A DNA stretch of 64,000 nt, from positions 1,736,001 to 1,800,000 of the forward strand of contig OX337229.1 in the NCBI GenBank assembly GCA_946965045.2, read 5' to 3'. How positions within the stretch are numbered: the stretch's first letter is position 1; every line of letters begins with the position of its first letter. The position numbers and the translations under genes were made by a program. The stretch is from Epithemia pelagica (taxonomy: Eukaryota > Protista > Bacillariophyta). This document shows, in pieces, positions 1 through 11,354 of the stretch. The notes under the pieces are model-generated. The model saw only the letters and a list, made by a program, of their open reading frames with translations. It had not been told where the DNA came from and ran no database searches.

Positions 1-243
1 AATGGACGGTCCGCTCAGCATCACCCCACCAAGGCACGATCATCACCAATCCTGTGATCACGTCACGCATGATCTGGCTGCGTCGAAAGGTCCGTTGTCC
101 CGTAAGGAAGGAACTTGACTTCTTCCTTCCCTTCACGAAGTTCTCATGGGTGGTGGATGTATCTGGTGGGGCGAGGGTTCGGTGATTTTGTATGGGCCAC
201 GAAAACTCGAACAATCCGCTCCCGAAATGTATCAAAAGAGACC

Positions 244-1915
244 ATGACAGGCTTTGTTGTTGTATCGATTGATACGGCACCAAACAGCGACGACAGCGTT
301 GATGCTTGTAATAGTCGTCTTTCAGACCAAGTAGAAGAGGATAGCTATGCGCAAGAAGCCAGAGCTCGGTCAAGTGCGAAGCACAATCCAGGGTGGCTAC
401 TTCTGGTAAACGCGCACTCGACGGTGCTTGTATTTGCGCATTACCTAATTTCTGTGAGTGAATTCAAGGTTTCCTCGATTGTTGCTTCAGTGGTATTCCA
501 TGGCCTAATTGATTTACGTTTTTCGTTGCAGTTGGAAAGTCTTGTCAGCATTGCTCTATCAGTTACCGCAACACTCTATGTTCACCAAACCGCGTCTCCG
601 GACTTCAACGGTTCCACAATAGATTGGGTGCTGCTTTCATTCGCAGTAATAACTCCAATATCAGCGTCGATTAGCATGGCGTTTAATCGACGCGACCAAG
701 CACTACGCAGTATTGCCAATTTACGTGCGACGGCACTAGAGCTGTATATGTCGCAGGCCTGTTGGGATTGGGGTTTTCAAAGCGATGCTAAGGGCCAAAA
801 TGTGAGCACTGGACGATCCAGGTCTCACATTGACTGGCTAGCGCATTCGGACAAAATGCTCTCAGTCATATTAAATTTGTTCTGCGACTTGACGCGCTAT
901 TTGACCTTGCCGACTTCGTCCAGAGCACGGCATAAGGTTACGACTTCGGGGCAAAGTGAGGCAGATGAACTTCTATCTGTGTCAGCTGAACTATACGAGA
1001 AGGTCATGGATAGATGTTATGGCGTGACCAGACAATGTGAATTGCTAAAGCAATATGGCTTACCACCAAACGAAGCAACTCGAGTGAGACGTAAGTTCGA
1101 AACGGTGTATGAAATGATGTGAAGCCGTCGTCACACCGTCTCCAATGCCAGTTCACTCACCCAAGTTATTCCTTACAGACTGGGAAAGGCTGCTACTGGA
1201 AGAAATTGAAAATATTCGAATGATCAAGCGGTATAGAACACGTACGTAGTCGCTTTCTGAGGAAATGTTGGAACTATTACGTGGATGGTCCACTGACTTT
1301 GGTTTTTCTTGACGTCGACAGCACAAGGACTCCGATCATTTGGCAGACTATTCAGTGTCTGTTTGCCGCCATTTTATGCTCCTTATTATGCACAGCTGGC
1401 AAACGAACTCAATTCCATTGGCGTTGCAATTGCGTTTGCCTGTCTAACCGCAATTGCATTAACGTCACTTTTTGAAACAGTTTCACAGATGGAAGAGTAA
1501 GTGCCTCCTGAATTTTGTCTGTCTTTTCACTAGCCTACTGAAGGGGAGGACGTTTTGTTCGATGAACAAGTTTTGTGTTGGTTTCATTTTCTAACGGACA
1601 ATTGTTATTTTGCTCTGTCACAGTCCATTTGTGAGCCCCTGTGGACTTGATGGCATCAATGTCCCTCAAGGTAAGTTGTCCCCGATGCGTAACTGCAAAG
1701 AAACCGTTTATGTTTTTCGTCCTCTTCTCACTTTGGCTGCATGACTCTCAAATCGATCAACAGAACTCATGTCCAATTTTAGTCCAAGAATCATGCGCCT
1801 ACGGAAAAACGCATTTCCGGACGCTCAACCATTCGAAGACAATGGCGACGAGGAAGCAATGCTGGTCGTCCAATCTCTCGGCCCACTTTTCGGGTCGAGA
1901 ATCCTAAAAGAATAA
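244..1915 (+). CDS. Bestrophin-like (UPF0187/YneE-type) membrane protein, 6 exons
   Basis: Manual splicing gives introns 454-531, 1091-1178, 1242-1321, 1497-1623 and 1671-1763 (all GT-AG). The joins produce YRT|PQGLRSF and ME|DPF. Hydrophobic helices and FAVITPISASISMAFNRRDQAL resemble the family motif. The start at ATG 244 is inferred. Confidence 0.7.
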
Positions 1916-2255
1916 AGTACATTCCAACGCGACAGTCAAGCACACACACATACCACTAGATGTACAGATTAGTTCATATTTCGGGAACGTCCACTTCAAT
2001 TTCATCCTGAAATGTTTTATATTCTTTGTCGCTGCCTCGTCTCTTTGTTGAGCCTTTCATCATCTTGTTTGTGAGGTCAGACCGAGAAAACACGCCGTTC
2101 ATCCATTCGACCAAACATCTACAGGGACGGCAGCAGAGGACTTGATGCTACGCAAATCCTTTCGAAGTACGATAAATTGTCAGCAGTGGCATGAACTATC
2201 TCATTAACATTAGCAAAGTGCTTATGGTGGTATTTCCATTATCTGTACTCCTGTT

Positions 2256-2483
2256 CTATGGCGATGAAGATCCCTCTTGAGCGGTCGAACGCAATTTTTG
2301 CTCTTGTCGAAGCAATCGAAGCCTTTCCTTGTCGCGTTCGACTCCGGCCTTCATCACATTTCGGTCCCTGACTTGGGCGTAGTGACTGTAAACAATTGTA
2401 GATACAGTAATTACGAGGACGGCTCCCATGGTTAGTTGTGCCGGTCCAATTCTCGAACGGGAAGGTGGATGCGTCGTCATCAT
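2256..2483 (-). CDS. PET117: Cytochrome c oxidase assembly factor PET117-like small protein
   Basis: 75 aa with one TM helix followed by IVYSHYAQVRDRNVMKAGVERDKERL, matching the PET117 pattern (HY.Q..dR..l..Gv.rD.eR). Confidence 0.75.
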   Translation of the reverse strand: MMTTHPPSRSRIGPAQLTMGAVLVITVSTIVYSHYAQVRDRNVMKAGVERDKERLRLLRQEQKLRSTAQEGSSSP

Positions 2484-3383
2484 GGTCGTTCAAAGCGAGA
2501 ATGGACGACTTGGAAAAATCCGATGGCGCAATCTCAGCCCCACCAAGTTCTTGGTCGCTTTGAAATGACACGTACGCCACGGGGTACTGAAAACAGGTAT
2601 TTGGTACTCTACTACAGAGGATTTGGCACGTGCCAACTTTCGACTCTAAGAAAAATAGTATTACAATAAAAACTATAGGTCAATGTGTACGAGTAGAGAG
2701 AGCAGTGATGCAGAAAAGTGAGCTCGATGTTTTTCGTTTTGTTGCGATGATCGACGCGGAGCAAACTTTGATGCCTGCTCATTCTCCACCTTGTCGTTGT
2801 CTTCTGCAAGCAGCTTATGCTTCCCGAGCTATCCATTGGGACTTGGGGCTTGGGCTGCAAAATGGAAAGCTCTCATGAGCTTTTCATCTTGCAGGGCACT
2901 CGCAAAAGCACTGATCACCCGTGCTGGCTCAGCGGGCCTTTCAAACATGCCTACCACTACTCCCCGAAATAAGAGAAGATGCTATGGTCCGATGGGTAAA
3001 CGCTTCTACAAAGTTGCTCTAAACATACCTATCCATAGAACTGTTGAATCGTTTACCCATTGCTAAAGTAGAACTTTCATTACACACCATCTTCATTCGA
3101 GGAAAAAGCAATTCGGACAAGCAAACATGGCGTAGGTTACACGATCGTTTACGATTGTTGTTTCAGAGGCCCGCCGCACGCGCAACAACCTAGCGCTTTG
3201 ATAACATTATAAACTGTACGTCCTTGAACAAAATAATACTACAGTACCGTTCACCGGTCTTGGGGTACGTGTGATGGGGACGAAGCACGTGGACTGTTGT
3301 GGTCGCTTCTGAGCAAGTCTGCTCGTCGAAGTGTGACGCAATCTTTTCTGTGCGTCCCAAGAACTTTCCCGTCAGGTTCCGTA

Positions 3384-3427
3384 CGAGCTCCACCAATCGA
3401 TATGGGTAACCGTAGTGGCCCGTGCTT
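3384..3427. repeat. Left TIR of the mariner-like element
   Basis: Exact reverse complement of 7636-7679. Confidence 0.95.
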
Positions 3428-3759
3428 TTCATACCCCTACTGTTTTTTCTACAGTGATTCTAACTTCGTAGGGACACCACTACGGTCATTTTGCACTGCA
3501 TAACACCACCATGGCACACTCAAGCCGGTGTGCACCTCCAACGAAAGGCGCTAGCTCTCTTGCGACCATCAAGGATGCCTAAGAATCAAGTGTACCGTGA
3601 GGGAATGGGCGGGCAGGGATGAGTTGGCTTTTTTTATGGACCTACGGCAAGGTTTTGAAGTCTTCCTTATTTGGCATCCGAAATAGAGGAAGTGACCTTG
3701 AGAAGACGACGACGACAACCGATAGAATGCATCCAGCAAGTCACCGATCATACGTCCGC

Positions 3760-4835
3760 ATGCAGCAATCAACTCCTCGTCACTTAATAGACCGAGCACA
3801 ACATTGGAAAGCCTCGACCGTTGGTGGCTCAAACGCAACAAAAGCTGATTTGTCCAGACAAAACAAACGTGAACCGTGGGTGGAAGGACTGCTTCTACTG
3901 CGACAGACGATGGTGGTGCCGGTGGTGCGGCTGATTCCCACAGCACAATTTGACTGGAAGAAGGAGGGGATGCCGTGAAGCTGATGGGCGGTGGTCGAAG
4001 AGCCTTGCGAGTCGACAACACTCGGCAACACCAACAACAACCCAAAACCCAAACACAACAATCAACTACTCACTCCTCGCTGCCACCGAACGAACAACAA
4101 CAACACTCGGCAACAACACTCGACAACGACACTCGGCGGCAAGACTCGGCGACAAGATGGTGTGGTCGTCCTCCTTCTTCTACCGTGCGACGAAACCATC
4201 AACTCCTCGTCTTTTCGTTGCCCTCACCCAACAAATCGAAGCCTCGTCCACTGGTGGTAACAAGCGACGACAACGACAACCACAAGCGGCTCAACTACAA
4301 ATGGCGAAACAATCGGCGACGATGTCACAGCTGATCGATCGAATGAACGAACGAAAGAACGAATGAACGACAACAACAACACTCGGCACAACAAAAATCC
4401 AAACACAACAATCAACTACTCACCGCCACTGATCGAACGAACTAACGAATGAACGAACGGACGACAACAACAACACTCGGCGACAGCAACAACAACAACA
4501 ACCTAAACACAACAATCAACTTCTCACTGCCGCCGCACGAAACTCTAGGCGACGACAACAACGACAACACGCGCCGACGGCAACATCGAAAACAACACGC
4601 GACAATCAACTCCTTCTTTCTCACGCCCTCAGCGAATCGAAAACTCGCATTGATTAGGGCAACAATCAAATAGAAGAGACACGATGAACACAACAAGCAA
4701 CTACTACAATCAAATCCTTGGCTCGACAACAACAACAGTCGCAGTAATCAAGCAAACGAAACAATCCACGACGACCACAACAATCAAAAACTAGATACAA
4801 CAAGACAATGATGACAACAGACAACATGCAACAAT
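3760..4835. repeat. AAC-rich degenerate internal repeats of the transposon
   Basis: Recurrent CAATCAACT(A/C)C, ACTCGGC and CGACAACAAC units. Related blocks start near 3768, 4198 and 4604 (~420-bp period). Confidence 0.65.
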
Positions 4836-4839
4836 CAAA

Positions 4840-7252
4840 CTATAGTTCATCCTCTGTTTCTACTTCTCCGTCTGACTCGAAGTCTCCGTCCTCTCTCGCT
4901 CTCAGGATGGCATGGGCACCAGCGACATCTTCAAACCATTCATGATCTTCAGGCATCCAGTCGATCAGCCTTTCAAGCTGAATGGTCTTCATTCGCAAAA
5001 GATTTTCTTCCAAGAGATCTTGCGTAATCATCGGATCTGGATGGCGAAAACTTGGTCTGTCATCGCGTTCATTATGTTCATCAAAAATTGGGACCATCTC
5101 AACTCCAGTTGCAACTCCATCTTCGCTGAAAGTAGGTGAACAACAATTCCGAACATTGAAATGTAGATCATGGTCTTGAGCAAACTTGTCCCCACCCTTT
5201 TCGATTGCAATTGCGTTTACGATCTGGTGATGTCGCACAAATGCTCTTGCGAGAACATCCATGGGAAAGGATTCATAGCACTTTTGGACCGACTCCCATA
5301 TTTCATCGTTAGAATACGCTTGACACTTGTTTGATATTCCCTGTTCCCGAGACACATGCTTCGAAAGTGCCGGGAAGACACAATCATCTAGGACATTGGT
5401 AAGGGGCGAGTTGGCAGGCTGTGGAGCTCGATACCATTGACGTGCCGCAAATTGGCCTTCGATGTACCTGGTGAGCTTGTCTTCTTTATGAGGACCCGCT
5501 CCATCAAATTGCTTGACAATCACCACTCGGCAATGCGATCCGACCATTGAAGTCACTTCTTCTGCTAACATGTCTAGGTTCGGTAGATGAACCGACTCAT
5601 AAAAATCATGTAGTAGAGAAGAACTTGGGTTCTTTCCGTGTTCCTCTAGAACTACCCGTAACTTCCATGCCCTTGAAGTAGAGTTCACCCTTCTTACGAA
5701 GTAAGTTTTCTTGGATTGTTGGATAGTGATACGACCCGTCATCTTTGTAGACACGCCGGTAGGTATCGCGCGACGCTTTGACCTTACGGCCTGCTCGTAC
5801 CAGGCTAACCGTGAATGGTGTTCCACCTTGCTTCCAGTCGTTCTGCTTTGGGGCATATGCGACGGCAACAATCCCCATTGTCTTTTCGATGTGATTCTTG
5901 TGATGGACTGAATGCACAACTGGCTTTATTCCCAACATCGGAATAGACTTATTGTTTCGCCGCACCACGATTGACCAAAACCATTTCTCGTCCATATGAA
6001 CAAGAACAACTTGGACATTGTTAAAGGTCTTCGCTGACTTCCAGAAGATCCAAAACTGAATTGCCCACCAGTATCGTCTCTCTTTATTTGCTTGATCTAG
6101 GTGGGGTAGGATCCGTGTGCTTTTATATGACGAGTCTGGCAATGACATGCAGAATTTTCGGATTGTTTCACCACTGATAAGTTGTGCGTTACCAGAGCCT
6201 GCAACCAAGGTTGCTATCGTATTCCAGGAGACAGAGCCGCCAGTATCCTTGAGAAGTCGTTGAATCTCCGATAGAAGAAAAGCTCCTTGATCACGATGCC
6301 ATTGATCACTCAAGGCCTTATAGGGAGATATAGCATCTTCATCATCTTTGATAGTTTTCCACGCATCCCTAGCTTGAGTCATATTTGAGTCAGGATTTTT
6401 CACTTGATAGTCTTTCATAAAGATAAATCTAGGGGTCCACGTGGATCGTCGTTTCTTCTCTGAGGTCAACAGCGTTAAGCCCTTGTCACTTCGAGTCTTT
6501 CGGGGTTGCGGCAAGGGATTTTTGGAAAAGTCGTCTATCCATTTGTATAGAGCTTTACGGCTGATCCCCCATGCGTATGAAATAAAGCGCACATTGTAGC
6601 AATGAGGCTTCATTGCAAGGTTGAGCATGCAAGCAAGTTGCTTTTCGGAGGCAGAGTGCAGCGGCTGCCTTTCATCGGATGATTTGTTTGGGTCGTATTT
6701 TGAGTCAAATGCACCAGATCTGTTCGTTGTATGCTCAATCTTTCTCAACCAACCGTATCCACATTCCTTGTTGCACTTATCTTCAAGGATCTCGAAGGCC
6801 TTGTCGTGATTGTTCTTGGTGCAAAGATCAAGCAAGAAGGTGGTTGAATTGGTTGGGGGTCCTGGAGGATCATCAGGCGTGGGTTCATCTGCCGTCGCTG
6901 TCGTCGCAGCAATCAAACTGGCTTGCAGTCGGGGATCATGACGAGTTGAACAAAGCGAGGGGCGGGTCGTTTGGTCGCCAGGGCGGCGACGAGCCGTTGG
7001 CTCGATCATTGCGTGAGAGACACGATCGGATGAAACATCCTGGGAGCATCGATTGTCGATAGTATACTCGACGTCAACCAATGTGGTTTGGTCGGGTGCT
7101 GTTGACTGCGAGTCAACAACAGTAACAGCTTCGTCGTCACTGTCGTCCTTTCTTTTTCGTTTGAGTTTTCGGACGAAGCCAAAACCACCCATTGATCCCT
7201 GGTCGCTGCGTGCAACGGAGACGAAGGACCCTTTTCGTACCTTGTTTGACAT
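4840..7252 (-). pseudogene. Mariner-type transposase split by a 1-nt frameshift near 5620
   Basis: HTH-like ISYAWGISRKALYKW; catalytic motifs HMDEKWF, KQFDGAGPH and QPANSPLTNVLD (compare plant DD39D HIDEKWF / QQDNA..H / QPPNSPD.NVLD). The motifs are spread over two overlapping frames (5606-7270 and 4840-5919). Confidence 0.85.
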
Positions 7253-7635
7253 GATTGGATGGAACAACAATCAACAAACAACAAAGGCAAAATGGGTTGA
7301 CGAGCGTCGGATGGATGAACGCATCGGATGGATGAGGATCGTGAACGATGCACTACGAAGCACATACAAGTTAGATTTCCTATAGATCTATGTAACTAAT
7401 AGAGTAGATGAGGCGATTTGTACTGTTTGATACCGAATGGGCAAGCGCCTCCTCACCATGGTGAATGTTGAGGGCAAAGGTGAATGTTGAGGGCAAAAGA
7501 GAGTGCATCGTTGTGCCGAGGAACGATGTCATCAGTTCACGGACTAATTCATCTTACGAGTACTCGTACTCTAGGAAAATGTATGGTGTAGTGAATCTCG
7601 TAGGGCCGGAAGTTTCACCGAGAATCGGAAACGTG

Positions 7636-7679
7636 AAGCACGGGCCACTACGGTTACCCATATCGATTGGTGGAGCTCG
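7636..7679. repeat. Right TIR of the mariner-like element
   Basis: Exact reverse complement of 3384-3427. Confidence 0.95.
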
Positions 7680-8861
7680 TATGCGACTGCATATCGGATA
7701 TCGGATGAGTCCAATGGGCAATCGGAAGGCAATTGGCAATCAGCTTCGGCCGAATAAAGAACATTGAAGAGGAGAAAAAGAACATCTCACATCGTTCTTG
7801 CCAGTAACTCGTCCATTATTCTTTTTCTCTTCAGATACAAAACGCTATGACGACTTGGGTCGACCAACGAACTCTGGGATGTGGGATTACATCAACGTCA
7901 CCAGAGGAACCTGGTCCATTGGATTGTGAACGGAGGAGAACACCTACTTGATCTCGCAAGGGGGTGCGATTGTTAGTCCGAGCCGAGCATATCATCGACG
8001 GACAGCGACAGGATACCCTGTGTATCGACATCTTCTCAGTATCGAATATGTGGCGGTAGTAGTCCATGTAACGATGATTTTGGAGAACAAGCCATTGCCA
8101 CAGTAAAGAGCAAAGGGATCACCAATGAACAACTTATACGAATATAAGCAGTCGATCAAGCTTCGCTTGCCGGGCTTGTGGTAGCACAATGTTCAGAAAC
8201 AGACACTGAAAAACAGGCCTGCCTCAATGACCCATGGGTGAAAGTTCGGTCAACTCCAATGGCCTGCAGATCGGAAAGCACCGATGGTATTTCTTTCAGG
8301 CTCGTTGAGGAGCGTTGCTGCTAAGAAAACGACCGAACCATATCAAAAACAATTTTGTCACCAACTCTTTGGTATCAGTGACATGTTTTGGTGGGACAAG
8401 CAATATATATCGCCGAAATGACATCGTCTTTCTTTTGAAGTCCACTCTAGGCCATCTCCCTGTCGTTTCATTCGCTCTCAGACCTTCGACTACGTTGTAA
8501 TCCATGTGAAAACGGTACTACTAAGTAGTTGATAAGAGTATTTTGGCTATTGAAAGAGATAAGACTTAATTTGTAGGATTCCTAGTTGGAATAGGAGTAT
8601 CATCAAGTCAACACATCGAGAATTGGGACCGAAAGTCGTAGGATTAGAGGAAAAGTCTTTCAAAGTCTCACTAGAGGAGGTTTGTGATGTACCATAGCAA
8701 CAAAGCTTGGTAGGAGGACCTGGTGAACATAGAACGGGCGGTGGACAGACGAAAACCCCGCAGACAGACAGTCGGGTGGCCACTCTTTGCGAAATCTTTT
8801 GTCTCCTTTTTTTTCTTGTTGTGTCAAGTTTTTCCTGAGATCCACCCGGCCGCCGTCTCTC

Positions 8862-10915
8862 ATGGCGAATGAAAAGACAGCACTGGTGACCACTTCCTCG
8901 CTTCCCCGTTCCTCTGCTCATAACTACGGCATGGAATCAAGCTCTTCGCCTTCAAAACCAAAAGCAAGTGAAAACAACGAGATGGCGGGTCGGAATAGAG
9001 CTCTTGAAACGACCAAATCACCTCCCTTGGCGTCTCTCCAACGAAACAAGATGGAGTCAGGCTCCTCGGATGGAGACCAGAACTTGTTAGAAGCTGACAG
9101 CACCTCTGGAAGTGTTGATGTCTTCGATGAAGGCTTGACGGCAGAAAGCGACACTTTCTACCAGAAACTAAAGCCGCGTGAACGACGTGAGATGCAAATG
9201 GCAGATCGTCTCTCCAGGCGTTTGTTGGCTGCCCGTGGTGATTCTTTGGAGGAAGATCAGATTTTGGAAGAAACACTTCAGTTGGTGACACCGCCTCCTT
9301 CGGCGCGGCGAGATTCCATACATAGAGGTAGTCTGCGGAGGGCAAGTCTCGGTGGTAGTCTGCGCAGTACAGGAAGGTTCCGTAATATGCTGGATGACGC
9401 TCTAGAGGAACAGGGAAAAGCAGAGACGAAACTCAAGTGGATGGGAGTGGTAGTTCTGATTTTGGTTGTTGGTGTATCGATTATCGTTGGATACGGTGCC
9501 ATTGTGGTTTTCGAGACACGTCCCCCACTTCAACCAGTCGGTCCCTACCGTCTAATTGAACTTCAAGAGGGAACCAAATTCCTCGATTCCTACACCTTTT
9601 ATGTTGGAAAAGACTCGGCAGGATCAAATGGTTTCAACTACTATGTGGACCAGCCAACTGCGGTAGAATTGGGAATTATCAATATTACAATGGAACAAGA
9701 TGAGTTGAATCTGCTCATTCCACCCAAAGTTAATAGCCAGGACCAAACTGGCGGTAGCAATAGACGGACCACACCAATGAACGAGAGAGAAAGTGATCTT
9801 CGGAGTCACGGCGAAATCAAAGACGGTACCTTGGATTCATCAAGACCGTTCGTGTACGTAGGATCCACACCTACAGAAGCAGGGCCGCGGAACTCCATTC
9901 GTTTAGAAGGAAATCGTCGTTTTGATCGAGGATTGTTCATATTGGATGTTCGAAGAATGCCCGCTGGATGCGGTGTATGGCCTGCCTTTTGGCTGGTCGA
10001 TGAACTGAATTGGCCCGTCAATGGTGAGATCTTCCCTTTGCAATTTGCAATGCGGGTCGTTTATGGGTAGTTTATGTCGTCGGTCTCACATCCTTTCGGT
10101 TGCGTTTCAGGAGAAATTGACATTGTTGAGGGAGTGAACTACCAAACAGAAGCAAAGACAGCGCTACACAGCACACGTGGCTGTAAGATGGACGATATAC
10201 CTTTAGGAACAATGACAGGAACGTGGGATACGGCACAGGGTATTCCTGATAAAGACACTGGAATTCCTGATATGACCTTAAGGTATGCGCAGAATTGTTT
10301 TGTCTATGACCCTCATCAGTGGTTAAATCAGGGCTGTGTCGCAATCGATGATGAAGGGGACTCCATTGGTGTCCCCCTGAATGAAAAAGGCGGTGGAGTC
10401 TATGTCCTTGAGTGGTAAGTACTGATGGGATTTGTTGTGAAAATGGAGATTGCCATATGAAGACGATGATGATATGACAATCTTACACAGTGTTCTTTGA
10501 ACCACGTAGGGATCCGATCAATCGCCACATCCGGTCATGGGTATTTACTCCACACACATCTGTGCCTGAAAATTTGGTTCAAGCTATCCAAACAGCTCGC
10601 AATGAGTTTCCCAAAGACCGAGTAATGCCGGACCCAGAAGAGTGGCCGACGCCCTATGCCTATTTTGCAATAGGACGAGGTACCAATTGTGCCTCTAGGT
10701 GTTTTAAGCACATGCACCTTGTGTTGAACACTGCGTTTTGTGGGAGCGTGGCTGGGAATCGGTACCACTTGGACTGCACAGCCGAGCAGACGTCACAGTT
10801 CCCCACTTGTCGAGATTATATTAAAAGCAATCCACAAGAAATACAGGACTCTCATTGGAAAATTCGCGGGGTCTATGTGTATGAGAGAGAATGGGAACGA
10901 ACCTGGACAACCTAA
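8862..10915 (+). CDS. GH16 beta-1,3-glucanase/transglycosylase (Lam16A-like), type II membrane protein, 3 exons
   Basis: WPAFW...WPVNG|EIDIVEGVN catalytic ExDxxE motif, assembled across intron 10024-10110. Second intron 10415-10509 joins W|DPINR. One TM (WMGVVVLILVVGVSIIVGYGAIVVF) follows a ~190-aa N-terminal region. Confidence 0.88.
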
Positions 10916-11121
10916 GCTCAACCGTGATGCCATGGATTGAAACCTGGCGCTCAGTCATATGCTTCTCTTTGCCGCGATGTGCGTATTATTGAAACCATGT
11001 TGTGGATCGCCATGGATAACATTTAACACCGGACATGGTTCTGCACATGAGCACAGTAGTTGGTGTTTGAAGGAAGAACAGTATACGTCATCTTTTGTGG
11101 GACTGCTGGTTAAGCTAATAG

Positions 11122-11281
11122 GTTGGAGAGCGTATAAGATGCAAAAATAACTCAAGCTATGTACATACGATTCACCTCCTTTTGACATCGACTTGAAACG
11201 TTGGAGAACGTATAAGATGCAAAAATAACTAAAGCTATGTACATACGATTCACCTCCTTTTGACATCGACTTGAAACGTTG
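11122..11281. repeat. 78-bp tandem duplication (2 copies plus 4 bp)
   Basis: Units start at 11122 and 11200 with 2 mismatches seen. Lies between the convergent 3' ends of GH16 and PCGF. Confidence 0.9.
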
Positions 11282-11354
11282 AACTGGGCTACTTTCTCCA
11301 ATAAAACAGATGGAAAAGCAGTACCTGTAACATCTTCGTAAGAACTGCTTATTT

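Larger units (their letters stand above)
3384..7679 (-). mobile_element. Tc1/mariner-superfamily DNA transposon (DD39D-related), 4296 bp
   Basis: Perfect 44-bp TIRs at 3384-3427 and 7636-7679 (CGAGCTCCACCAATCGATATGGGTAACCGTAGTGGCCCGTGCTT), a TA target-site duplication at 3382-3383 and 7680-7681, and an internal transposase. Confidence 0.93.

Noticed and set aside
2680-3383. Possible host gene interrupted by the mariner, continuing at 7680-7950 (peptide KRYDDLGRPTNSGMWDYINVTRGTWSIGL after an AG acceptor at ~7834)
   Set aside because: I could not build a consistent spliced ORF or recognise a family; this needs a homology search of the reconstructed empty site.
7460-7497. 19-bp tandem duplication GGTGAATGTTGAGGGCAAA upstream of the transposase
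   Set aside because: Real but most likely simple slippage; no function can be argued from the sequence.
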